Positions 29,724 through 41,452 of a stretch of 64,000 bases of DNA are shown here, piece by piece; the stretch's first letter is position 1; the number at the start of each line of letters is the position of its first letter. Under the pieces are notes generated by a model, which saw only the letters and a list, made by a program, of their open reading frames with translations, searched no databases and was not told the origin of the DNA. This DNA is from Pseudomonadota bacterium. Lineage in GTDB: Bacteria > Desulfobacterota > Desulfobacteria > Desulfobacterales > RPRI01. Position numbers and translations under genes: made by a program. The stretch is from contig JBDRRF010000076.1 of NCBI GenBank assembly GCA_043825875.1, positions 128,001-192,000 of the forward strand. The letters are read 5' to 3'.

Positions 29724-31937
29724 TTATCCTAACAGCGAAGGCATGGTAAGAGCCGGGTGTCCAACTTTCTGAAGAAAAGGCATAATTTCTTCTTCGGTGA
29801 TTCCAACTGTCTCATCAGCGATCATATCATACAGATTGGGATATCCAAGCGCTTCCCCTCTTTTTATTATTCTGTCTTTGATCTCTTCTTTCAGACTCTT
29901 TGGCATCCAAACCATTCTTAATAGCCCACCATCACCTATGAGAAATTTTCCCTGAGTGATATTAAATTTTGAATGTCCCACAAATCCGGGAGATGATGCT
30001 CCTCCACCCATGACACCTGCCAGTGTAGTGAACTTCATACCACATGGTGTTTCACCCGAGTAGTCACGGTGAACAGTCATAACTCCGTTGCATGTAGGTA
30101 ATGTGGCTGCAATAGCTTCGCAGCAACCGCATGTTGTCATCGGATCTTTAATCATCGAGTAGAAATTATAGTGTGTAACAGCGCCTCTTGAGGCCTTGAA
30201 TACAAAGTCATTAACACCCTTCCATTGTCCAAGAACCGGATCAAGACATTCGCCCTTTTCAATCGGCTGATTTGGGCCGGTCGGATTAATTTCAAAAGAA
30301 GCCTTGCAGTCCATCCAGTTATATGCTCCACAAAGGCCTGTTCTTTCGGGGCTTACCGTACAAACATGGTTTGGAGCAAAAGACTGGCAAAGAGTACATG
30401 AATAATATGTTTCAACCGATTCATCGGTCATCTTTTCAACGCGCTCATCTCTGGTCCTGTATTCAGCTCTCGCACGTTTTGCTAGTTTTGCAACATCTTC
30501 TTTCTTTGTGTAAAGCGTTACCTGAACCTTGTCCACTATTTTCTGGAAATCCTGGTGGAACTTGGCATGAAGCACAACACCGATGTCTTTAAGAGAAAAG
30601 CCCTTGTCTACCGCTGCCTTGCTTACACGAACCCATGCAATATCTCTTTGTCCGATATGCATTATGCTCTGTATGTAGTTTACAAGGTGATGAATCTGAC
30701 GTTCTAAAATCGGCTCAAAATCGGCCTGGAATTCACGGCCGGCAATCTGAACATAGATTCCGAGATCAAATGATGCACCCGGCTTTACGTCTTTGATGTC
30801 AGGTCCGATAACTTCGACCTTGCCGTCTTCAATTTCATTCATCTCTGCCATTTTGACAAGCTCAATTGCCGTGCTCTTGCCACCACCCATCTGGCAGTAA
30901 AGATCGGCGCCTCTTACACGCTCGCCTTCATAAGCAGGACCAAAAGAGCATGGAATATCTATCTTTGAAACAGTTACCTTGAGGCCTCTGATTTCAACTG
31001 ATCTCTGCACCATTTCATCGTGAGGTACATTAGCCACAACATGCTCATATGTACATATACCGGTTGGAAGAATCTCAGGAATATCCGTATCTGCAAGAGT
31101 CGGAAAGCCCCAGTTAACACAACCTGCTGCTGCTGCTGCCCATTCGGCGTTAACATCGCCAAGAGCGTTAACGAAAGCAAAAACACGGTCCTTATTATAA
31201 AGAAGCATGCGCTTGTAATCACCCGGCTTGATTCCACCAAATGCCATAGCAGCCCTGTTTGCAAAACCAAGTGCAAAAATAGCTGAAGAGATATCAGGAC
31301 CGAAAGGCACTATTCTCGTATTCCAGCCTATCTGTACTCCAGCTTCAATAAGCTGTTCAGCAACTGTTGTTCCGTTCTGGTTTGCGGCCAGGAAGATATA
31401 AAGACTTCTTTTCTGGTATTCTTCAACAATTAATTTCGCAGTTTCCGGATCAGGTGCAGCACCGACAATAGCTGCAAATCCGGGAGCAGAGCCATCAACA
31501 AACTCAACGCCTCTTTTTCTGAAAACAGTGTCGTCCGCTGCTCCCAGCCATATTTTTCCTGCTTCCTGATCAATATCTTCGGAATGAAGATAAAAATCGG
31601 GAGTATTTAAATATCTTATTGCTTCTTCAATTTCAAAAGCAAAAAGGGCTGCCATACCTGCATCAAGAAGAGGTCCAAGATAAGGAAGATGATGGCTTCC
31701 TTTTACATGGGGAGGCAAAAGACCTCTTGCAAATTCCAGGGGTTTTTTCATGTCTTCAAGGGTTTCGACTTTCATGCCCAGAAGAGAATATATTACCGGA
31801 AGGTAATAAGCCGTATTGGGAAACCCGACTTTTGTGTCGGCACTATAGGTTGCAAGGGCCTTTTTGTATATACCTTCAACCTTTGATACTATATTATATC
31901 CGCCCTGAATGGCGGCAAATGCTACTAATCTTGACAT
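29724..31937 (-). CDS. acsB: Acetyl-CoA synthase
   Basis: SCTLCQSFAPNHVC, GLCGA, PMTTCGCCE. Confidence 0.95.
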   Translation of the reverse strand: MSRLVAFAAIQGGYNIVSKVEGIYKKALATYSADTKVGFPNTAYYLPVIYSLLGMKVETLEDMKKPLEFARGLLPPHVKGSHHLPYLGPLLDAGMAALFAFEIEEAIRYLNTPDFYLHSEDIDQEAGKIWLGAADDTVFRKRGVEFVDGSAPGFAAIVGAAPDPETAKLIVEEYQKRSLYIFLAANQNGTTVAEQLIEAGVQIGWNTRIVPFGPDISSAIFALGFANRAAMAFGGIKPGDYKRMLLYNKDRVFAFVNALGDVNAEWAAAAAGCVNWGFPTLADTDIPEILPTGICTYEHVVANVPHDEMVQRSVEIRGLKVTVSKIDIPCSFGPAYEGERVRGADLYCQMGGGKSTAIELVKMAEMNEIEDGKVEVIGPDIKDVKPGASFDLGIYVQIAGREFQADFEPILERQIHHLVNYIQSIMHIGQRDIAWVRVSKAAVDKGFSLKDIGVVLHAKFHQDFQKIVDKVQVTLYTKKEDVAKLAKRARAEYRTRDERVEKMTDESVETYYSCTLCQSFAPNHVCTVSPERTGLCGAYNWMDCKASFEINPTGPNQPIEKGECLDPVLGQWKGVNDFVFKASRGAVTHYNFYSMIKDPMTTCGCCEAIAATLPTCNGVMTVHRDYSGETPCGMKFTTLAGVMGGGASSPGFVGHSKFNITQGKFLIGDGGLLRMVWMPKSLKEEIKDRIIKRGEALGYPNLYDMIADETVGITEEEIMPFLQKVGHPALTMPSLLG

Positions 31938-31998
31938 ATGTTCCTCCTTCGTTGAGGATTATTCTAACCTCAGTATTAAATATGCAAACATGCCGCAA

Positions 31999-34038
31999 TT
32001 ACATTGCTTCCAGTTTCATACGGTCAGCCATATCCATGAGCACTCTGTCTCTAGCTTTGTCTATACCGAGAGCCTTGCGCTTTTTATCTATATGGGCAAT
32101 CATCTTGTGGGCATGTTTGATAGGATCAGCTTCGCAATCCCACATTCCGCCGTAAATCTTCTCAAGATCCTTGTACATATAGTCCTGGAAAACCGGCGCG
32201 CCGCTCATAGGCAGATGTAAGCCAAACACCGTATAGACGCCTGAAGTTACAAAATAGTGCCCTATACTGATGGCTTTTTCACTCATCCATTCGGGAGCGC
32301 TTCCGGCCAAGGGCAAATCACAGATGTCTTTCCCGAGACCGCCCGCCTTAACCACTTCGGTGGCGGCCAACAGCAGACGGCTGTTGTCAACACATGAACC
32401 CATATGCAAAACAGGTGGAATACCAACTGTTTCACAAACTTCGGCAAGTCCGGGTCCGCAATAAACCGCAGCGGTTTCAGGAGTTAAAAGACCTTCCATT
32501 GCGCATGCTATTCCGTTACAACCTGTTGTAAGAACAATTACATCATTTTTGATAAGTTCTTTAACTATAGCAATATGAGCTTCGTTATGGCGGGTTCTGG
32601 CGTTGTTACAACCTACAACACCTGCAACGCCGCGGATACGTCCGTTAATTATATTGTCATTTAAGGTATAATAATCCCCGCGGAACGTACCACCAAGTTG
32701 ATACTTAATTGATTCAACACTAAAGCCGGCAATCTGGGTAGCTTTCTGGCTTGGGATCATAACTTCAGCTCTTCTGTTTTTGAAGTTATCTATAGACATT
32801 TTCACAATGCGCTTTGCATCTTCCATTGCATGATGTTCATCAAACTCGACATGAATTACATTATCCTGCTCCATCTTTGCAATCGGATGTGTTGTGATAA
32901 CTTTGGTATGAAAACACTTTGCAACATTGGCAAGATTCTGGAAAATACACTGAACATCAACAACCATGGCCTCACACGCACCGGTTATAATGGCAAGTTC
33001 CTGCTGCAAAAATGTTCCTGCCGGCGGCACGCCATGACGCTGAAGCATTTCATTTCCCGTACAGCAGATTCCGCCAAGCTGAATTCCTTTTGCGCCAACA
33101 GATTTTGCATGATCGATCATTTCTTTTGACTGTGAAGCGGCGACTATCATCTCTGAGAGAATCGGCTCATGTCCGTGAATTATAATATTGACATGATCCT
33201 GCTTCATTATACCAAGGTTAGCCTCTGATTGGAGCGGAGAAGGCGTACCGAACATAACATCCTGAAGATCGGTTGCGATCATTGAACCACCCCATCCATC
33301 AGCCAATGAAGCTCTGGTGCATTGCTTTACAATGTTCTTGTAATCCTGATCAACTCCCATATGGGTTCTGTGCATGATTTCAACAGTTTCCCTGTCGATG
33401 TTTCTAGGAAGAACTCCAAGTTTTTTCCATCTTTCATATAAAGGCTCGGGGGCTCTTTTTAAATTAAGAAGCTCGCCTTCCGGTTTACCCCATTCATTAA
33501 GAGCTTTTTCAGCAACTTCAAGGGCTATCTCATCAATATTGCGGTCAACCTCTTTTCCGTCAACCGTAACTTTTGTTTCAACTCCGTAATGGGGAGCAAT
33601 AGCTATAAGCTTACCAGGATCTTTGATTTTATAATCTGCAGTCTCTTTACGGGCAACAGAAAGAAATACTTCAGCAACTCCACGTCCATGATCAGAGTGT
33701 GCAGAAGCACCGGCAGCTACCATTCTTGCAAAATTTCTTGCAGCAATCGTATTTGCAGTTGCACCGCAAAGGCCTTTTCTATCATCTTCGCCTTCAATTC
33801 CGGATTTGCCAAGAGGCAGGCGGCAAGGACCCATGGCGCAGTTTTTACAGCAGGTGCCCTGAATACCGATATTACACGGCTTCATATTTTCAGCTCTGTC
33901 AAAAACTGTTTCAACACCCAGTTCCTGGGCACGTTTAATCATAGTTTGAGTCGCAAGGTCCATGGATGCCGCAATCGGATCGGCCAGTTTTTTCTCCTTG
34001 GGTGCCTTTACGACCTTATCTTTTGTTTCTTCTGCCAT
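31999..34038 (-). CDS. cooS: Ni,Fe carbon monoxide dehydrogenase
   Basis: CCKNCAMGPC, HSDH, HGHEP, ICCTGNE, GCNN, GSCVDNSR. Confidence 0.95.
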   Translation of the reverse strand: MAEETKDKVVKAPKEKKLADPIAASMDLATQTMIKRAQELGVETVFDRAENMKPCNIGIQGTCCKNCAMGPCRLPLGKSGIEGEDDRKGLCGATANTIAARNFARMVAAGASAHSDHGRGVAEVFLSVARKETADYKIKDPGKLIAIAPHYGVETKVTVDGKEVDRNIDEIALEVAEKALNEWGKPEGELLNLKRAPEPLYERWKKLGVLPRNIDRETVEIMHRTHMGVDQDYKNIVKQCTRASLADGWGGSMIATDLQDVMFGTPSPLQSEANLGIMKQDHVNIIIHGHEPILSEMIVAASQSKEMIDHAKSVGAKGIQLGGICCTGNEMLQRHGVPPAGTFLQQELAIITGACEAMVVDVQCIFQNLANVAKCFHTKVITTHPIAKMEQDNVIHVEFDEHHAMEDAKRIVKMSIDNFKNRRAEVMIPSQKATQIAGFSVESIKYQLGGTFRGDYYTLNDNIINGRIRGVAGVVGCNNARTRHNEAHIAIVKELIKNDVIVLTTGCNGIACAMEGLLTPETAAVYCGPGLAEVCETVGIPPVLHMGSCVDNSRLLLAATEVVKAGGLGKDICDLPLAGSAPEWMSEKAISIGHYFVTSGVYTVFGLHLPMSGAPVFQDYMYKDLEKIYGGMWDCEADPIKHAHKMIAHIDKKRKALGIDKARDRVLMDMADRMKLEAM

Positions 34039-34117
34039 TAGAGGTTCCTCCTCATATTTTTTATTATTCAGGCATCATCACCAAAAAGGTGATAAAAACC
34101 ATAAATGATCACACAAA

Positions 34118-35674
34118 TTAAATTCTTTTGTGCATTCTGTTCAATTTTTCAAGTATTTTATCGGTTTCCGACTTCTGCTCGGCGGCAGCCGTCATTGCAA
34201 CCGATTTCTCAGGAGCATCTGTTTTAGCAGCAAGGCGATTTTCGCGTTCCTGTGCTCTTTTATCCCTTATCGCTTGCTCTTCGGCTTCTGCTTTTGATCT
34301 TGCTTCTGCTTCCGCTTTGGCCTTTGCATCGGCTTCTGCCTTTACTTTTGCCTCTGCATCTGCTTTTGCTTTTGCCTCTGCATCTGCCTTTGCTTTTGCA
34401 TCTGCTTCTGCTTTGGCTTTAGCATCTACTTCCGCTTTTGCTTTTGCCTCTGCTTCCGCATTTGCTTTTACAGCCGGATCTACTTCCGCTTTTGCCTTTA
34501 CTTCTTCTTTAGGAGCAGCAGGTGCTGCTGCTTTCGGCTCGGCTTTAGGAGCAGCTTTAGGTTCAGCCTTTGGCGCTTCCGTTTTTTTGGCTTCAGCTTT
34601 CTTTGCCGGCTCAGCTTTTTTAGCTTTTTCTTCTGGTATTGTGAGATCCGGTTCAGGCGATAAAGTTTTAAAATCAATAGCTACATCGTCCAGTTTTTTC
34701 TTAATCGGATCAACTGTCTGTAGTGAACCTCCATCTGCAAGACAGTCTATAAAAGACTTTACCATGCGAATAGCTTCAGGATGCCTCATAATCATTATAT
34801 TCGAACCTGCCAGAAGATAACTAACCGCACCGACAGCTTCCATAAGAATCCCACGTTTTTCGGGATCACCAAGAACGGGAGCTTCTTTTTCCGTCTGCTT
34901 TGCTTCTTTGCATTTCCAAACCTCGTTTCCAAGGTTATTAATTATAGGGTACTGCAACTTATCATCACCTTGAGCAAGTGCAGCCATTCTCAAACGTTCC
35001 ATAACGGAATAAGAATATTCCATTCCATATCCAAGACCGCCAGTTGTGGGATCAACAATAATTTTGTCAGATGATACACCCAAATTTTCAAGAAGGATGT
35101 TTATCTGTTTTGCAAGGTTAACATCGATAGGCGATGATGATATAATTGTATGGCCATATCCCATGGCACTTGCGCCTATTCCTTTGTGGTTCTTATCTTC
35201 GACGGGCCCCATCGTTAGGTTTTCACCCTGACATTCTTCAGCAATTTTCTTTAATACCGCCTCATCTTTCTGGGCGTTGGCACATCCCCAAATAATCAGA
35301 GGGACATTAATCGCCGCACTAACTTTTTTTACTGTTGCGGCAATATCTTCAGGTGACGCATCTTTACCATTAGGATCAGCGCTTTTTAATTGAAGAACAA
35401 TCATTTCAGCGCCATATGCATCAACACATTTTTTGGCCCAGGCTACAGGGTCGGAAACCACATCTTTAAAATAGCAAAGCACTGATTCCGGCCAGTCTTC
35501 CGGTTCAGTGTCCCAGATTTCCATTGCAATCCTGGGTTTATTTGGCATACTTCCTTCAAAAAGATAGAAAGGATAGCATGCCTCACCACCAACAGTAACG
35601 GCATTCTCGCCTTTTCCTAATGTAATGCCCTTTATACTGCCGGAATAAGATTCCTTATATATTTCAAAACCCAA
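34118..35674 (-). CDS. acsD: Corrinoid Fe-S protein small (delta) subunit with long Ala/Lys/Glu-rich tail
   Basis: DVNLAKQIN, DPTTGGLGYGMEYSYSVMER; C-terminal AEAKAKAD repeats. Confidence 0.93.
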   Translation of the reverse strand: MGFEIYKESYSGSIKGITLGKGENAVTVGGEACYPFYLFEGSMPNKPRIAMEIWDTEPEDWPESVLCYFKDVVSDPVAWAKKCVDAYGAEMIVLQLKSADPNGKDASPEDIAATVKKVSAAINVPLIIWGCANAQKDEAVLKKIAEECQGENLTMGPVEDKNHKGIGASAMGYGHTIISSSPIDVNLAKQINILLENLGVSSDKIIVDPTTGGLGYGMEYSYSVMERLRMAALAQGDDKLQYPIINNLGNEVWKCKEAKQTEKEAPVLGDPEKRGILMEAVGAVSYLLAGSNIMIMRHPEAIRMVKSFIDCLADGGSLQTVDPIKKKLDDVAIDFKTLSPEPDLTIPEEKAKKAEPAKKAEAKKTEAPKAEPKAAPKAEPKAAAPAAPKEEVKAKAEVDPAVKANAEAEAKAKAEVDAKAKAEADAKAKADAEAKAKADAEAKVKAEADAKAKAEAEARSKAEAEEQAIRDKRAQERENRLAAKTDAPEKSVAMTAAAEQKSETDKILEKLNRMHKRI

Positions 35675-36111
35675 AGCAACCTCCTTTTAACAAAAAAGTT
35701 AACCCACTGTATTACATGTTAATAAACATTATGGGATTAACAAAAATTATGGGTGAAAAAAAACAACCTCTGCCTTAAAAAATTAAATCAACCCCCCTTT
35801 CAATATATTTCCAATTTATTATAAATTTATCTACGCCGGTAGATTTATTGCTGTGAGCATAAAAAAAGAACGGTATTAAACCATCTTTAAAGCTCGCCTA
35901 TTAAATTTTAGCTTTCACATAACAAGTGGACAATGCATATCAAAATCCATTTATCATAACTACTTAACCATTCTTAACCGGTTAGATAGCCATCAATTTC
36001 ATGAAGTATTATTAAATATAAAATTCTATATGATTGCCATATATTGAGATTTTAAGTTTGTCAATAATTAACAATCATTAAATGTTTTTAAATTGAAGCC
36101 TTGAGAAAACG

Positions 36112-38055
36112 CTATCCGGCATTTTTGTGTTTTTCATCAAAACGCGCTTTAACTTTGGGAAATTTATTCATATCAGTATGTGGCAGAAAGAGAGCTGCAA
36201 TATAATTATCCATATAAGAAGCCGTTTCAGAAAGTTCAAAATTTGTCATCTTCTTAGTTACTTCAACAACATCTTTTCTCACGCGGTTTGTAAGGCAGCT
36301 CATTTTTGCTCCAAGCAATGAACCATTTCCAATAAATGTAATCTTTTCAAGGTCTATTTCAGGTAACAAGCCTATAGTTATGGATTTTTCAAGATCAACG
36401 TAACTTCCGAATCCTCCGGCCAGAATAACACGTTGAAGGTCATTTACTGTAAGGCCGACTTCTTCAAGAAGCGTCAAGCAACCGCTATATATGGCACCTT
36501 TTGCACGAATTAGATTGTCAATATCCGGTTCAGTGATAACTATATCCCTGTCAATCTGTGTCTCATTAGCCCATACGACCACATATTCATAAACCCCTTC
36601 TGTATCACGAATTCGTGGGATGTTAAGATCCCTGTTAAATTTTCCAAGATTATTTATAACTCCTGCTTCAAACAAAGATGCTACCATTATTATAAGACCG
36701 GAGCCGCATATCCCTTTGGGGCTTATATTGCCGATAGTAATATTCATAGGCTCAAACGTAACAGGATCTATTGAAAAATCCTCGATAGCCCCTTTTGTGG
36801 CACGCATTCCGAACTTGACGCCGCCACCCTCAAATGCCGGACCAGCCGAACAGGCGGCACATGCAAACCAATCTTTATTACCTATCACTATCTCTGCATT
36901 TGTTCCTATATCCATGTAAAGCGTCAGCTCATCCGAACGATACATTCCGGAGCCCATAACTCCTGCCACAATATCTCCACCCACATAACTTGAAATCTGT
37001 GGATAAACGAGAGCATTGACATGATCTCCAAGTTCGATTCCAAGAAAAGCGGCTTTTATAGGCGGATAAAGCGTGGCCGCAGGAACATATGGCGACCTGC
37101 GAATATACCTTGTATTAACTTTAAGCAAAAGCTGGGTCATTGTCGTATTTCCAGCAATGGTTATAGCTGATATTTCATCAGGATCTATTCCGGACCGTTT
37201 AATTATTTTTTTAATAATTATATTTATTGTTTTGATAATTACAGCATGCAGCTTTTCCAGCCCGCCAGGTTTTTCAGAATACACAATTCTGCTTATTACA
37301 TCTTCCCCATAGCTTATCTGAGCATTGAAATCTCCATGTTGCGCAAGCACCTCGCCACTAACTATATCAATTAACTGCCCATATACAGTAGTAGTCCCTA
37401 TATCCATTGCAATGGCATAATTTTGTTTAGTGGTGTCACCTTCCTTTATATTAATAATATGGGTCTTTCTTCCTTCATGAACAGGACGTGCCAGAGTGGC
37501 TGTTATTTTAAAATCGCCTTTTCTTAAAATATCGGATATTTTTCTTATTACCGGCAAATCGACTACAAGACGATGTTCGTCATAATTTGCTTTTAGATAG
37601 CTTACCAACCGTGAAACATCAGGAAGATTATCCTGTGCGGTTGGCTCCGGGAGTTCAAGATATCTTTTTTCAACCGGTGGAATAAATAATCCCTTTTCCT
37701 TAAGTTCATCAAAATTCATATCCTTGATACGTGCTGTTCGCCTGGGAGTGGGCTGCATGTTAAGTACGCTTGCGTCAATAGAGGATTCAACCGGAATTCT
37801 TACTTTCAGATCGCTTTTGATTTTTGAAAGGCAGGCCTGGCGGTAACCTTTATTTATATCATCATCACTAAGTTTTTCTGTAATTCCTCCTTCTACTTCC
37901 CCTTCCTCAATTATAACAAGGCATTTGCCGCAAACCCCTTCACCACCACATGAAGCATTAACATGTACACCTGCTTCCATCGCAAGTCTCAAGAGGTTAT
38001 AGCCTTTTTCTGCTGATATAGTAATATTATGAGGGTAAAAAATTACCTGATGCAT
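36112..38055 (-). CDS. ASKHA-domain reductive activator of the corrinoid protein (RACo/AcsV, DUF4445)
   Basis: N-terminal CGGEGVCGKC 2Fe-2S motif; DIGTTT, DIGTNAE, AGPAFEG. Confidence 0.9.
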   Translation of the reverse strand: MHQVIFYPHNITISAEKGYNLLRLAMEAGVHVNASCGGEGVCGKCLVIIEEGEVEGGITEKLSDDDINKGYRQACLSKIKSDLKVRIPVESSIDASVLNMQPTPRRTARIKDMNFDELKEKGLFIPPVEKRYLELPEPTAQDNLPDVSRLVSYLKANYDEHRLVVDLPVIRKISDILRKGDFKITATLARPVHEGRKTHIINIKEGDTTKQNYAIAMDIGTTTVYGQLIDIVSGEVLAQHGDFNAQISYGEDVISRIVYSEKPGGLEKLHAVIIKTINIIIKKIIKRSGIDPDEISAITIAGNTTMTQLLLKVNTRYIRRSPYVPAATLYPPIKAAFLGIELGDHVNALVYPQISSYVGGDIVAGVMGSGMYRSDELTLYMDIGTNAEIVIGNKDWFACAACSAGPAFEGGGVKFGMRATKGAIEDFSIDPVTFEPMNITIGNISPKGICGSGLIIMVASLFEAGVINNLGKFNRDLNIPRIRDTEGVYEYVVVWANETQIDRDIVITEPDIDNLIRAKGAIYSGCLTLLEEVGLTVNDLQRVILAGGFGSYVDLEKSITIGLLPEIDLEKITFIGNGSLLGAKMSCLTNRVRKDVVEVTKKMTNFELSETASYMDNYIAALFLPHTDMNKFPKVKARFDEKHKNAG

Positions 38056-38461
38056 ATATTTTTCCTGTTGAATTATTAGTAATGAATTATATTGAAACTT
38101 TTAAACCATATATCAAAACCCTATTTTAAGTCAACCTGTTCCAAAATTATTGAAATGCAAAGTTCATTATTTATAAAATATTTTTAATTTTTTCTTTTTT
38201 AAAACACATAATTCTTGCCAACATAAATAGTCCATGCTAATTGGAAAATTGTTTAAATTACAAAACAATATGGGATATTATACAACTATCTATATTTAAT
38301 AGTTATTTTAATCCTTGTTTGATTTATTGAAAGCTTAAAAACAGGCTAAGGATATATAATTCCAGCCTGTTATGAAGAAGGAACCATTTATATCTTAACA
38401 GGAACAGGCTTAATCTGTTCCAGAAAAATTAAACTATTAACAATTAAGGAGAATTTGAAAG

Positions 38462-40225
38462 ATGGCTTATGATGCAGTAAAAATGGCTGACTGGCAGATT
38501 TCCGAAGCAGCGGAAGCAAACATGCCGTCACCGGAACAATGGAGAGATAAACTTGGCCTTATGCCCGATGAAATTCTTCCTATGGGCAGGCTCGCAAAGC
38601 TTGATTTTCTTAAAATAATGAACCGCCTTGAGAAGGAAGATGATGGCAAGTATATTGAGGTTACAGCTATCACCCCTACACCGCTTGGTGAAGGTAAAAG
38701 CACAACCTCGGTCGGCCTTATGGAAGGCCTTGGTTTGCGTGGAAAAAATGTAGGCGGAGCTTTGAGGCAACCATCAGGCGGACCAACAATGAATGTTAAG
38801 GGAACTGCCGCAGGCGGTGGAAATGCACTTATTATTCCCATGACAGAGTTTTCATTGGGCCTTACAGGTGACATCAATGACATCATGAACGCTCACAACC
38901 TTGCTATGGTTGCATTAACAGCACGTATGCAGCATGAAAGAAATTATAATGATGAACAATTGGCAAGATTGACCAAGATGCGCCGGCTTGATGTTGATCC
39001 CACACGTGTTGAAATGGGATGGATAATTGATTTCTGCGCACAGGCACTTAGAAATATCATTATCGGCCTTGGCGGAAGAACAGACGGTTTCACAATGCAA
39101 TCCAAGTTTGGAATTGCCGTTGGTTCGGAATGTATGGCTATTCTTTCCATAGTCAAGGATCTTGCCGACTTAAGAAAACGTCTTGATGAAATAACTGTTG
39201 CGTTTGATAAGAGCGGCAAACCGGTTACAACCGGAGACCTTGAAGTTGGCGGTGCCATGACCGCTTTTATGAGAAACACTATTAATCCCACTCTTTTAAG
39301 TACAGCCGAATATCAGCCCTGTATGATTCATGCCGGACCGTTTGCAAACATTGCTGTAGGCCAATCATCTATCATCGCAGACCGCATTGGTCTTAAATTG
39401 CATGATTACCATGTTACAGAGAGCGGTTTTGCAGCAGATATCGGATTTGAGAAATTCTGGAACGTAAAGTGCCGCAACAGCGGTCTCAAACCCCATGTTT
39501 CAGTTCTCACCTCCACAATACGCGCTCTTAAGATGCACGGCGGCGGACCCAGAGTTGTAGCAGGAAAAGCACTTGATGAAGCATACACCAAGGAAAACCT
39601 CGCACTGGTTGAAAATGGTGTAGAGAACATGGTTCACATGATAGGCGTAATCCGCAAAGCCGGCATAAACCCGGTTGTTTGTGTTAACAGATTCTATACC
39701 GATACTGATGCTGAAGTTGCTGTTGTTAAAAGAGCGGCTGAGGCAGCCGGAGCACGCTGTGCCGAATCAAGCCACTGGGAAAAGGGCGGAGAAGGTGCTC
39801 TTGAACTGGCAGATGCCGTAATTGATGCATGTAACGAAGAAAACGATTTTAAATTCCTTTATCCGCTTGAGATGAAGCTTCGTGACAGAGTTGCTCTTAT
39901 AGCAAAAGAAGTATACGGAGCAGATGGCGTATCATGGAGTCCTGAAGCAGAAACAAAAGCCAAAATGCTTGAAAATGATCCCAAATACGCTGACTTCTCA
40001 ACAATGATGGTTAAGACTCATTTAAGCCTTACTCATGAACCGACTCTAAAGGGTGTTCCAAAAAACTGGACACTTCCGATAAGAGACATTCTGATTTATT
40101 CAGGCGCCAAATTCCTGTGCCCATGTGCAGGAACCATTAGTCTCATGCCCGGAACAAGTTCCAACCCGGCATTCAGAAGAATCGATGTTGATACAAGTAC
40201 AGGAAAAGTAAGCGGACTTTTCTAG
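38462..40225 (+). CDS. fhs: Formate--tetrahydrofolate ligase
   Basis: [27 protein letters not shown]. Confidence 0.96.
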   Translation: MAYDAVKMADWQISEAAEANMPSPEQWRDKLGLMPDEILPMGRLAKLDFLKIMNRLEKEDDGKYIEVTAITPTPLGEGKSTTSVGLMEGLGLRGKNVGGALRQPSGGPTMNVKGTAAGGGNALIIPMTEFSLGLTGDINDIMNAHNLAMVALTARMQHERNYNDEQLARLTKMRRLDVDPTRVEMGWIIDFCAQALRNIIIGLGGRTDGFTMQSKFGIAVGSECMAILSIVKDLADLRKRLDEITVAFDKSGKPVTTGDLEVGGAMTAFMRNTINPTLLSTAEYQPCMIHAGPFANIAVGQSSIIADRIGLKLHDYHVTESGFAADIGFEKFWNVKCRNSGLKPHVSVLTSTIRALKMHGGGPRVVAGKALDEAYTKENLALVENGVENMVHMIGVIRKAGINPVVCVNRFYTDTDAEVAVVKRAAEAAGARCAESSHWEKGGEGALELADAVIDACNEENDFKFLYPLEMKLRDRVALIAKEVYGADGVSWSPEAETKAKMLENDPKYADFSTMMVKTHLSLTHEPTLKGVPKNWTLPIRDILIYSGAKFLCPCAGTISLMPGTSSNPAFRRIDVDTSTGKVSGLF

Positions 40226-40257
40226 AAACTATTAGGAATATATCATAATACCATAAT

Positions 40258-40297
40258 AAATGGGGCCCCAGGATTTTCCTGGCGCCCCATTTTTATT
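40258..40297 (+). terminator. Terminator after fhs
   Basis: AAATGGGGC...GCCCCATTTTT hairpin. Confidence 0.8.
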
Positions 40298-40523
40298 TTA
40301 AAATTGCAAAAATCGAATTTATGGTAACTACTTAGGTTGTTAGGTTCACAGTTTATTACCTTGAGCCCTTCATACGCAAATCCCGGTTTCTTTGTCATAG
40401 GATACACTTTTTTAGTCAATCCAAATGCCAGTCGGTAAGCCTCAATATCTTAAAAACATTCGATTTTCATCGCACCTTGAACCATGAACCATGGAACTGT
40501 GAACCTATAACCGTAAACTGCAT

Positions 40524-41180
40524 TTATATAATAACAAGTTTTTTTACCGCATCAACCACTTCTTCCGGATCATCCATAACCTGGAGTATATCAATATCGT
40601 CTTCTGAAATCTTATTCGATTCCAGCATCCTGGATTTAATCCATTTTTTGAGCCCACCCCAATAGTCTGATCCGACAAGAATAACCGGCAGCGGCCTTAT
40701 GCGGTGAGTTTGAATAAGCGTAACAGCTTCAAAAAGTTCATCTATCGTACCAAACCCACCAGGCATGATAATATATGCATAAGCATATTTTACAAACATT
40801 ACTTTTCGGATAAAAAAATATTTAAATTCAAGTTTTATATTAGAATATGGATTAGGCTCTTGTTCAAAAGGCAGGATTATATTAAGGCCTACGGATTTTC
40901 CACCTGCTTCGGCAGCTCCTTTATTGGCAGCTTCCATGACACCACCACCACCACCCGTAATTACAGAAAAATCGTTTTTCACAAAAAGGGACGCTATCAA
41001 TTCAGTTTTCTTATATACAGGATCATCCGGCTTGATTCTTGCCGATCCGAAAATACTTACAGCCGGTCCTAATTCATGAAGGGCCTCTATCCCTTCAACA
41101 AACTCGCCCATAATTCTAAAAAGCCGCCATGACTCCGATATAGACAATTCATCTATTAAATACTGTTTTTCCATTTTCAC
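40524..41180 (-). CDS. LOG-family (TIGR00730) nucleotide phosphoribohydrolase
   Basis: FGSAR, TGGGGGVMEA, PGGFGTIDE. Confidence 0.92.
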   Translation of the reverse strand: MKMEKQYLIDELSISESWRLFRIMGEFVEGIEALHELGPAVSIFGSARIKPDDPVYKKTELIASLFVKNDFSVITGGGGGVMEAANKGAAEAGGKSVGLNIILPFEQEPNPYSNIKLEFKYFFIRKVMFVKYAYAYIIMPGGFGTIDELFEAVTLIQTHRIRPLPVILVGSDYWGGLKKWIKSRMLESNKISEDDIDILQVMDDPEEVVDAVKKLVII

Positions 41181-41452
41181 CCCTAAAATATCGTCTTTAA
41201 TAAAATAAAAGCAATCAAATATACTCTTTTCGAAATAATATTTTAGTATAAATTATATTAAACCGAAACTCAAAGAAATTAAAGTTAAACAGTATATTTT
41301 TATACTAATTATTTATTGTTATGTCAATTGAACATTGACAAATACGTTACATATGATTAGATTGAAGAAATTATGGCTTGCAAATTTAACAATATTAAAG
41401 CTATTATTTTTTTGTTTAAAACCACCTTTCTTATCATTTAACTAATAACTTA

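Noticed and set aside
34128..34820. 230-aa plus-strand Ala/Ser/Phe-rich ORF
   Set aside because: Antisense shadow of the acsD low-complexity tail
40323..40522. 13-bp inverted repeat (40341-40353 / 40495-40507) with GAACC-type heptamer runs
   Set aside because: Probably a degenerate small repeat element between convergent genes; no target duplication or second copy in the window
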